Part shown: positions 25,504-32,000 of the stretch, piece by piece | Numbering within the stretch: position 1 is the first letter of the stretch | How the letters are laid out: every line of letters begins with the position of its first letter | Source: Propionibacterium freudenreichii subsp. freudenreichii | Lineage (GTDB): Bacteria; Actinomycetota; Actinomycetes; Propionibacteriales; Propionibacteriaceae | Direction of reading: 5' to 3' | DNA length: 32,000 bases | NCBI RefSeq assembly: GCF_000940845.1 | Contig: NZ_CP010341.1 | Coordinates: forward strand, 720,001 to 752,000 | Notes under the pieces: model-generated | Told to the model about the DNA's origin: nothing | Seen by the model: only the letters and a program-made list of their open reading frames with translations | Database searches by the model: none | Made by a program: the position numbers and the translations under genes

Positions 25504-26779
25504 CACGCAGACCGAAGCCGTGGGGCGCGGACGCCCCGGACCAGCCGGGGGAGTGGGGGGCCCCGGCAGCGACATGGTCGTCGACACCCCGACCCGGGAA
25601 ACCCCGCCGGTGCGCACGCACACCGGCGCCTTCGCCACCCGCGCGGCCCGACGTCGCTACCTGGTGGTCGTGGTCGGCCTGGCCGTGGCAGCGGTTGCGG
25701 CGTCCTTCGGGCTGTTGGCCTGGGCCAATCCGATGCCGGTGGGCTCCCGGGGATTCTGGAAGATCGCCCAACGCCGCCTGGCCAGCCTGGTGGTGATCGC
25801 CGTGGTGGCGTTCAGCCAGGCGCTGGCCACCGTTGCCTTCCAGACCATCACGAACAACCGCATCATCACCCCGTCGATCATGGGCTTCGAGTCGCTCTAC
25901 CGCGCGGTGCAGACCAGCGCGGTCTACTTCCTGGGCGTGGCCGGCGTGGTGGCCCTGCAGGGGGTGCCACAGTTCCTGATCCAGGTGGCGGTGATGGTGG
26001 CCCTGGCCGTGGCGCTCTACGGCACCCTGCTCAGCGGACGCCATGCGAACCTGCAGGTGATGCTGTTGATCGGCATCGTGATCGGTGCCGGCCTGGGATC
26101 GGTGGCCACGTTCATGCAGCGCATGCTGTCGCCCAGCGAATTCGACGTGCTCAGCGCCCGCATGTTCGGCAACATCTCCAACGCCGAGGCGTCCTACCTG
26201 CCGGTGGCGGTGCCACTGTGCCTGGCCGCCGGGCTCGGCCTGTGGGTGCGCAGCCAACGCCTGAACGTGATGGCGCTGGGTGCGTCCGCCGCCACGGGGC
26301 TGGGGCTCAACCACCGCCGCGAGACGATGCTGGGCCTCACCCTGGTCTCGGTACTGATCGCCGTGTCCACCGCGCTGGTGGGGCCCATGACCTTCTTCGG
26401 GTTCCTGGTGGCCACCCTCACCTACAGCCTCGCCGGCACCCATGACCACCGCCGCATCTTCCCCGTCGCGGTGCTCACCGGCTTCGTGGTGTTGGCCGGC
26501 GCCTATTTCGTCATGCGCTATGTGTTCTACGCGCAGGGCATGGTGTCGGTGATCATCGAGCTCGTCGGCGGAACCACCTTCCTCATCGTCCTGCTACGAA
26601 AGGGGTGGTGTCATAGCGTCGAAGCAACACTCCCGGTCGGCGGGGGTCTGATCGGTGGAGTGTGCGGATGGCGCGGGTGGGGTTGTCGTTCAGTGACAGG
26701 TCGGAGATCTCGACGGCCTCGAAAGCGGGCTGGTCGGTGCGGAGGATCGCCCGTCACCTGGGGCGTTGCCCGTCGGTGA
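25496..26779 (+). CDS. Second FecCD-family permease, with its 3' end read through into the IS30 element
   Basis: Family homology runs to ...VIIELVGGTTFLIVLLRKG at 26603. Beyond that the ORF continues into IS sequence (WCHSVEATLPV...) up to 26779. Removing the IS restores ..LLRKGRL*. The N-terminal start (GTG 25496 or a downstream ATG) is uncertain. Confidence 0.75.
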   Translation: MADTQTEAVGRGRPGPAGGVGGPGSDMVVDTPTRETPPVRTHTGAFATRAARRRYLVVVVGLAVAAVAASFGLLAWANPMPVGSRGFWKIAQRRLASLVVIAVVAFSQALATVAFQTITNNRIITPSIMGFESLYRAVQTSAVYFLGVAGVVALQGVPQFLIQVAVMVALAVALYGTLLSGRHANLQVMLLIGIVIGAGLGSVATFMQRMLSPSEFDVLSARMFGNISNAEASYLPVAVPLCLAAGLGLWVRSQRLNVMALGASAATGLGLNHRRETMLGLTLVSVLIAVSTALVGPMTFFGFLVATLTYSLAGTHDHRRIFPVAVLTGFVVLAGAYFVMRYVFYAQGMVSVIIELVGGTTFLIVLLRKGWCHSVEATLPVGGGLIGGVCGWRGWGCRSVTGRRSRRPRKRAGRCGGSPVTWGVARR

Positions 26780-27709
26780 TCTTGCGGGAGCTTCACCGGA
26801 ACTCGACGAAGACCCGCGGCTACCAGGCCGTGACCGCAGACGTCAGAGCGCAGCGTCGGCGGGCTCGCCCGCAGCAGCGGAAGGTCGCGGGGGATCCGGT
26901 GCTGCAGGCGAGGGTGGAGGCGGATCTGGCCGCGTCGTGGACGCCGAACGAGATAGCGGGCCGGTTGCGTCTGGAGGCGACAGACCCGACCGTTGAACGC
27001 ATGGCGAACTCTGCTGACGCACGCGGCCGAACCGTCTCCGGTGAGGCTATCTACCAGTACATCTACGCAATCCCGAAGGGTGAGCTCGCCCGCAAGGGCA
27101 TCTTCCTGCAGTCCAAGCGGACCAAGCGCCGACCACGTACGACCGGGCGGACGCGCGGTGGCCCAATCGTAGGTATGGTCCCGATCGCGGAGCGAGGTGA
27201 GGACGCCGCCCAGCGTCGGGTGCCGGGGCACTGGGAGGGTGACCTGATCATCGGGAAGAACGGCACCTCGTGCGCGGCGACGCTGGTGGAGCGGATGAGC
27301 GGGTTCACCGGGCTGCTGGCCCTGTCCTCGAAACACGCCGAGCCAACCGCTGACGCGGTCATCGAGTTTTTCAACGACTTGCCCGAGATGATGAAGGCAT
27401 CGTTGGCGTGGGACCAGGGCAGCGAGATGGCCCAGCACGCGAAGGTCTCCCTGGCCACGGCGATGCCGGTCTACTTCGCCGATCCCCACTCGCCCTGGCA
27501 GAGGCCCAGCAACGAGAACACGAACCGGCTCTACCGGGAGTATCTGCCCAAGGGCACGGTGATCCCCGATCACCAGCCCTACCTCACCACCATCGCCGAG
27601 GAGATCAACAATCGACCCCGCCGCCGACTGGGCTATCTCACGCCCACCGAGGCATTCGCTCGACTGCTCGCCGGCGAGCCCCATGTTGCTTCGACGCCTT
27701 GACATCGCC
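26604..27709 (+). mobile_element. IS30-family insertion sequence (1106 bp) with 26-bp imperfect inverted repeats and a 3-bp AGG target duplication
   Basis: IR-L is GGTGGTGTCATAGCGTCGAAGCAACA (26604-26629). The reverse complement of IR-R (27684-27709) is GGCGATGTCAAGGCGTCGAAGCAACA, 22/26 identical. AGG is present at 26601-26603 and at 27710-27712. There is a single intact transposase ORF, whose stop lies inside IR-R. Confidence 0.85.
26662..27702 (+). CDS. IS30-family DDE transposase
   Basis: 346 aa with an N-terminal HTH (GWSVRRIARHLGRCPSVILRELHRN) and a catalytic core containing HWEGDLI, WDQGSEM, and PHSPWQRPSNENTNRLYREYLPKG, typical of IS30-type transposases. An ATG at 26668 is an alternative start. 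Confidence 0.9.
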   Translation: MRMARVGLSFSDRSEISTASKAGWSVRRIARHLGRCPSVILRELHRNSTKTRGYQAVTADVRAQRRRARPQQRKVAGDPVLQARVEADLAASWTPNEIAGRLRLEATDPTVERMANSADARGRTVSGEAIYQYIYAIPKGELARKGIFLQSKRTKRRPRTTGRTRGGPIVGMVPIAERGEDAAQRRVPGHWEGDLIIGKNGTSCAATLVERMSGFTGLLALSSKHAEPTADAVIEFFNDLPEMMKASLAWDQGSEMAQHAKVSLATAMPVYFADPHSPWQRPSNENTNRLYREYLPKGTVIPDHQPYLTTIAEEINNRPRRRLGYLTPTEAFARLLAGEPHVASTP

Positions 27710-27719
27710 AGGGCCGACT

Positions 27720-28475
27720 GTGATCGCGCTTGCCGATGTGCTCAAGAAATACAGCCCCGAGGTGTGCATCGGTCCGGTTGACCTGCACATCCCCGACGGC
27801 GGCATCACCGCGCTGGTGGGGCCCAATGGGGCCGGCAAGTCGACCCTGCTCACCATGATCGGACGGCTGCTGGGCCTCGACACCGGCGTGATCGAGATCG
27901 CCGGCTACGACGTGGCGCGCACCAAGTCGGCCGACCTGGCCCGGGTGGTGTCGGTGCTGCAACAGGAGAACCACTTCGTCACCCGGTTGACCGTGCGCCA
28001 ACTGGTCGGCTTCGGCCGCTTCCCCTATACCCATGGACGCCTGAGTGCCGCCGACGAGGAACTGGTCGACCAGGCCCTGGACTTCCTGGCGCTGCGTGAC
28101 CTCGAAGCGCGCTACCTCGACGAGTTGAGCGGTGGGCAGCGTCAGCGTGCCTATGTGGCGATGGTGCTGGCCCAGGACACCGAGTACGTGCTGCTCGACG
28201 AGCCGCTCAACAACCTGGACATGCGCCATTCGGTGCAGATGATGCGCCACCTGCACCGGGCGGCGCGCGAGCTCGGACGCACCATCGTCATCGTGTTGCA
28301 CGACATCAACTTCGCCGGACGCTATGCCGACCACATCTGCGCGATGAAGGACGGGAGAGTGGCGGCCTTCGGGCCTTCCGACGAGATCATGGATTCCGCC
28401 GTGCTCACCGAGGTCTTCGATACCCCGGTGGATGTGGTGCAGGGCCCCCACGGACCGCTGGCGGTGTACTACTGA
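27720..28475 (+). CDS. Iron-siderophore ABC transporter ATP-binding protein
   Basis: Walker A GPNGAGKST, signature LSGGQRQR, Walker B YVLLDEPLNNLD, H-loop VLHDIN. The GTG start at 27720 would overlap the reconstructed permease stop (CTGTGA) once the IS is removed. Confidence 0.85.
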   Translation: MIALADVLKKYSPEVCIGPVDLHIPDGGITALVGPNGAGKSTLLTMIGRLLGLDTGVIEIAGYDVARTKSADLARVVSVLQQENHFVTRLTVRQLVGFGRFPYTHGRLSAADEELVDQALDFLALRDLEARYLDELSGGQRQRAYVAMVLAQDTEYVLLDEPLNNLDMRHSVQMMRHLHRAARELGRTIVIVLHDINFAGRYADHICAMKDGRVAAFGPSDEIMDSAVLTEVFDTPVDVVQGPHGPLAVYY

Positions 28476-28481
28476 CCACCC

Positions 28482-28529
28482 GCCGGCCCCTGTTCCCGCC
28501 GGCCCCTGTTCCCGTCGGGCTCTGTTCCC
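28482..28529. repeat. Three tandem 16-bp repeats between the convergent ATPase and cls genes
   Basis: GCCGGCCCCTGTTCCC occurs twice (28482-28497, 28498-28513), followed by GTCGGGCTCTGTTCCC (28514-28529). The core CCCCTGTTC is the reverse complement of GAACAGGGG at 28551-28559, the last codons of cls. Confidence 0.8.
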
Positions 28530-28547
28530 GTCAGATTGGGACCGGGA

Positions 28548-29807
28548 TCAGAACAGGGGGCGCCAGGGCGCGAGCAGCCATTCGGTGCCCTTCGCCACGA
28601 TGCTGCGCCGTTCCCAACGGGCCAGGTCCATCTCGGTGCAATTGGACTGGTCGGTCAGGAAGATCCGCTCGAGGGCCGTTGCCACCTGGGGGCTGGTGAT
28701 CTCGGCATTCACCTCGTAATTGCCCGCCAGGGACAGCCGATCGATATTCGCCGTGCCGATCGTTGACCAGTGGCCGTCGATCGTGGCGGTCTTGGCGTGC
28801 ACCATCGCATTGTGGAACAGGAACAGCCGGATGCCGTCGCGCAGCAGGCCGGTGTAATAGCCGCGCGACAGCCAGTCGGCAATCACGTGGTTCGACTGCG
28901 CCGGCACGATGATGCGCACATCGACGCCACGCTGCGCGGCACGCGCCAGGGCGGTGCGCAGGTCGTCGTCGGGAATCAGATAGGCGCTGGTGAGCCAGAT
29001 ATTGCGCTGCGCCTTGTCGATGGCCTCGAGGTACATATTGCGGATCGGGAAGACCGCCCAGCGCGGCGTATTGCGCGACAACCGAACCGAGCCGTCCCAA
29101 CGACGCTGGCTCGTATCGGGCAATTCGGGCATCGACGAGCGCTGGCTCGACAACAGGTGCACCGGGCGCAGGTTCCAGTAGTCGACGAAGGCATTCTCGA
29201 AGTCGGCGACGCTGGGACCCTCGAAACGGGCGTGGGTATCGCGCCAGGTGCGGGCGTAGCGTGACCCGATGTTGTAGCCGCCCATGAAGGCGACCCTGGA
29301 ATCGACCACCAGGATCTTGCGATGGTCACGTCCCGAATTGCGCAGATTCCAGAACGCCACCGACTGCACCAACGGATGGCGCTTCACATGGATGTTGTCG
29401 GGAAAGCGGAAGAATGACGGGCGCACCACCATGTTGGCGAATTGGTCATAGACGATGTAAACGGCCACACCGCGATTGGCGGCCTCAATGAGTGCCTGCT
29501 TGAAATCCTGGCCAATGGGATCGTTCTTCCAGATGAATGTCTCGAAGAAGATCGTGTGCTTCGCCCGCCGGATGGCGGTGAGCATGTCGTTGTACAGGTC
29601 CTCGCCATAGGAATAGACACTGACCAGGTCGTCGTCGGCCCTGGCCTGGGTGACGGCACTGCGCGGGAAGCGGGCAGGGCCTGCCCGATGCTTGCGCACA
29701 TTGTCGGCTGCCACCAGCACGCCGGCAGCGCCGAGTTGGGCGCCCAGAATGCCCAACAGGGCATTGCGGACAACGCGGCCGGTGGCAGGAGGAAGGCGCA
29801 TGCGCAC
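28548..29807 (-). CDS. Phospholipase D-family protein, cardiolipin-synthase-like (two HKD motifs)
   Basis: 419 aa with a hydrophobic N-terminus (ALLGILGAQLGAAGVLVAA). First HKD motif HRKILVVDSRVAFMGGYNIG and second HAKTATIDGHWSTIGTANID. Confidence 0.85.
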   Translation of the reverse strand: MRMRLPPATGRVVRNALLGILGAQLGAAGVLVAADNVRKHRAGPARFPRSAVTQARADDDLVSVYSYGEDLYNDMLTAIRRAKHTIFFETFIWKNDPIGQDFKQALIEAANRGVAVYIVYDQFANMVVRPSFFRFPDNIHVKRHPLVQSVAFWNLRNSGRDHRKILVVDSRVAFMGGYNIGSRYARTWRDTHARFEGPSVADFENAFVDYWNLRPVHLLSSQRSSMPELPDTSQRRWDGSVRLSRNTPRWAVFPIRNMYLEAIDKAQRNIWLTSAYLIPDDDLRTALARAAQRGVDVRIIVPAQSNHVIADWLSRGYYTGLLRDGIRLFLFHNAMVHAKTATIDGHWSTIGTANIDRLSLAGNYEVNAEITSPQVATALERIFLTDQSNCTEMDLARWERRSIVAKGTEWLLAPWRPLF

Positions 29808-29937
29808 ACTCTAATGTGCCGGTGGGCGCCCCGGCTCACCGGGCCGAATGGACCCTGTGGATGGTCGTCCCGCCCCAGCGACGGGGCAGTGGATGCGATG
29901 TGTGCGGCGCCGGCCGGCAGCATAGGCTTGAGCGGCC

Positions 29938-32000
29938 ATGACTGACCAGACCCCTCCCGACCTGTTCTCCGCCTTTGACCAGCGCCTGTCGGCGTTGGGA
30001 GCGCCGGGTAGCGGCGAAGGCTTCGCTCCCCACACCCCCCACGACGCCCACGACGACGCGGAGGCCCTGCTGCACGGCCTGAACCCGCCGCAGGAACAGG
30101 CCGTGGTGCACGAGGGCTCACCGGTGCTGGTGGTGGCCGGTGCGGGCTCGGGTAAGACCAGGGTGCTGACACGTCGGATCGCCTGGTTGATCGCCCAGCG
30201 TGGCGTGCATCCCGGCTCGATCCTGGCCATCACCTTCACCAACAAGGCAGCCGCCGAGATGCGCTCGCGGGTGGCCGAGCTGGTGGGTCCGCGCACCCGC
30301 ACGATGTGGGTGAGCACCTTCCACTCCGCGTGCGTGCGCATCCTGCGCACTGAGCTTGCCGAGGCCCCCGAGCTCGGGTTGCGGCGCAACTTCTCCATCT
30401 ACGACGACACCGACACCAAGCGGCTCATGACCCTGGTGTTGCGCGACCAGAACCTCGACACGAAGAAGTTCCCGCCACGCACCGTGATGGGCTGGATCAG
30501 CAATGCCAAGAATGAGCTGCTGGGCCCCGGCGCCGCCGCCGAGCAGGCCGACAACGGCAATGAGGAACTGTATGCGCAAGCCTACGAGGAATATCAGCGT
30601 CGGCTCAGGGCCGCCAATGCGATGGACTTCGATGACCTCATCATGATCACCGTGCAACTGCTGCACGACCACCCCGATATCCGCGAGAAATACCGTCGTC
30701 GCTTTCGTCAGGTGCTGGTCGACGAGTACCAGGACACCAACCATGCGCAGTACCTGCTGATCCGCGAGCTCTGCGCGCCCAACGAGGACCAGATCGACGC
30801 CCCCCGCGTGGATCCGCCCGAGCTGCTGGTGGTCGGTGACTCCGACCAGTCCATCTATGCCTTCCGGGGCGCCGATGTGCGCAACATCCTGGACTTCGAG
30901 CAGGACTTCCCGGGGGCCCGCACGATCCTGCTGGAGCAGAACTACCGCTCCACCCAGACCATCCTGTCGGCGGCCAATGCGGTGATCCAGCACAACTCCG
31001 GGCGTCCGGTGAAGAAGCTGTGGAGCGACGCCGGTGATGGCGACAAGATCATCGGTTGGGTTGCCGACACCGAGCATGACGAGGCCCGCTGGGTGGCCGA
31101 GAAGATCGACGAGCTGCACGACCACCAGCAGGCCGCCTATTCCGACGCCGCGGTGTTCTACCGCACCAATGCCCAGTCGCGCGCCTTCGAGGAGGTGTTC
31201 ATCCGGCTGGGCCTTCCCTATCGGGTGGTGGGCGGCGTGCGCTTCTATGAGCGACGCGAGGTGCGCGATGCGCTGGCCTACCTGCGGGCCATCGCGAATC
31301 CGGCCGACGATGTCTCGATCCGTCGGATCATCAACGTGCCCAAGCGCGCCATCGGTGCCCGGGCCGAGACCGCGCTGGAGATGTTCGCCGTGAGCCAGTC
31401 GATCCCGTTCAGCCAGGCCGTGGACCGTGCCGCCGAGGTGCCCGGACTCGCCACCCGTTCGCGCCATCAGGTGGAGTCCTTCGCCTCGATGATGGCCGGT
31501 TTCCGCGGACTCGTGGCGGCAGGGTCATCGGCCGACGAGGTCGTGGCCGCGGTGCTGAAGGACTCGGGCCTGCTCGACGAGCTGAAGGACTCCAAGGACC
31601 CCCAGGACGAGACCCGTGTGGAGAACCTCGTGGAGCTGGTGGCCGTGGCCCAGGAATTCGTCGCCCAGGCCCACACCCTCGACCTGTCGGCTGGGCTGCG
31701 GCCCGATGCGCCCGGCGATCAGGATGCCCCCGAACTGGCCGACGAACTGGTGGCCGGCATGCCCGAGGCCGATGACTCCCTGGGTGCCTTCCTCGAACGG
31801 ATCGCCCTGGTGGCCGATTCCGACCAGATCCCCGATTCCGATCCGGACTCCGCCGGGGTGGTGACCCTCATGACGCTGCACACCGCCAAGGGCCTGGAAT
31901 TCGACAATGTCTTCCTCACCGGCATGGAGGACGGCATCTTCCCGCACATGCGGGCCCTGGCCGACCCCGCCGAGCTGTCCGAGGAGCGGCGGTTGGCCTA
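29938..32000 (+). CDS. pcrA: ATP-dependent DNA helicase PcrA/UvrD (3' end outside window)
   Basis: The frame is open from ATG 29938 to the window edge. Motifs: LNPPQEQAV, VVAGAGSGKTRVLTRRIAWL, ITFTNKAAAEMRSR, STFHSACVRILR, VLVDEYQDTN, VVGDSDQSIYAFRGA, LEQNYRS, and at the end LTGMEDGIFPH...EEERRLAY. Confidence 0.9.
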   Translation, partial: MTDQTPPDLFSAFDQRLSALGAPGSGEGFAPHTPHDAHDDAEALLHGLNPPQEQAVVHEGSPVLVVAGAGSGKTRVLTRRIAWLIAQRGVHPGSILAITFTNKAAAEMRSRVAELVGPRTRTMWVSTFHSACVRILRTELAEAPELGLRRNFSIYDDTDTKRLMTLVLRDQNLDTKKFPPRTVMGWISNAKNELLGPGAAAEQADNGNEELYAQAYEEYQRRLRAANAMDFDDLIMITVQLLHDHPDIREKYRRRFRQVLVDEYQDTNHAQYLLIRELCAPNEDQIDAPRVDPPELLVVGDSDQSIYAFRGADVRNILDFEQDFPGARTILLEQNYRSTQTILSAANAVIQHNSGRPVKKLWSDAGDGDKIIGWVADTEHDEARWVAEKIDELHDHQQAAYSDAAVFYRTNAQSRAFEEVFIRLGLPYRVVGGVRFYERREVRDALAYLRAIANPADDVSIRRIINVPKRAIGARAETALEMFAVSQSIPFSQAVDRAAEVPGLATRSRHQVESFASMMAGFRGLVAAGSSADEVVAAVLKDSGLLDELKDSKDPQDETRVENLVELVAVAQEFVAQAHTLDLSAGLRPDAPGDQDAPELADELVAGMPEADDSLGAFLERIALVADSDQIPDSDPDSAGVVTLMTLHTAKGLEFDNVFLTGMEDGIFPHMRALADPAELSEERRLA

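Noticed and set aside
27699-27727. Outward TTGACA in IR-R acting as a hybrid promoter for the downstream ATPase gene.
   Set aside because: With a 16-18-bp spacer the -10 position falls on TGATCG, GATCGC or ATCGCG, none of which is TANNNT. It also lies at or past the GTG start at 27720, so it could not produce a translatable ATPase mRNA from that start.
28548-32000. PLD-family protein next to a UvrD-type helicase as a possible nuclease-helicase defence pair.
   Set aside because: The PLD protein has two HKD motifs, a hydrophobic N-terminus and cardiolipin-synthase-like length. The helicase has all the housekeeping PcrA motifs. The two are divergently transcribed, so this looks like core-genome adjacency.

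Overview
This is a GC-rich, strongly GC3-biased chromosomal segment that looks actinobacterial (Propionibacteriales-like is only a guess). All calls come from reading the supplied translations by eye against remembered family motifs; no searches were run.

Gene order:
- 1-4068 (+): membrane-protein tail, then two tandem paralogous proline-rich single-pass membrane proteins, then a membrane-anchored divergent Amidase_3-like protein.
- 4103-5577 (-): cysE-cysK.
- 5782-15879 (+): an L-arabinose cluster, araB-araD-araA, a LacI-type regulator, and a ytfQRT-yjfF-like furanose ABC transporter.
- 16174-17727 (+): guaA.
- 17932-19820: a DUF1963/YwqG-like protein (+) and an MDR oxidoreductase (-).
- 20111-23169: an envelope-stress group, small PspC protein (-), PspC-fused histidine kinase and LuxR-type response regulator (+), GlsB/YeaQ/YmgE protein (-).
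- 23357-28475 (+): a DtxR/IdeR-box-preceded siderophore ABC operon.
- 28548-29807 (-): a two-HKD cardiolipin-synthase-like gene.
- 29938 onward (+): the 5' part of pcrA.

Main observations:
1. The arabinose cluster carries four inactivating lesions: two frameshifts in araB, one in araD, and an in-frame TAG in the transporter ATPase. Every other gene in the window reads intact.
2. An intact IS30-family element with 26-bp inverted repeats and an AGG target duplication sits 3 codons from the end of the second siderophore permease, uncoupling the ATPase gene.
3. The tandem paralogs share a twice-repeated ~27-aa N-terminal motif and a nearly identical TM segment but have unrelated ectodomains. Together with the amidase they are the best candidate here for an uncharacterised envelope module.
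4. Three separate arrays of tandem hairpin repeats lie just 3' of minus-strand genes, and two of them show compensatory stem changes.
5. A 16-bp LacI-type palindrome recurs upstream of araB and upstream of the transporter genes.

No rRNA, tRNA or CRISPR array was seen.
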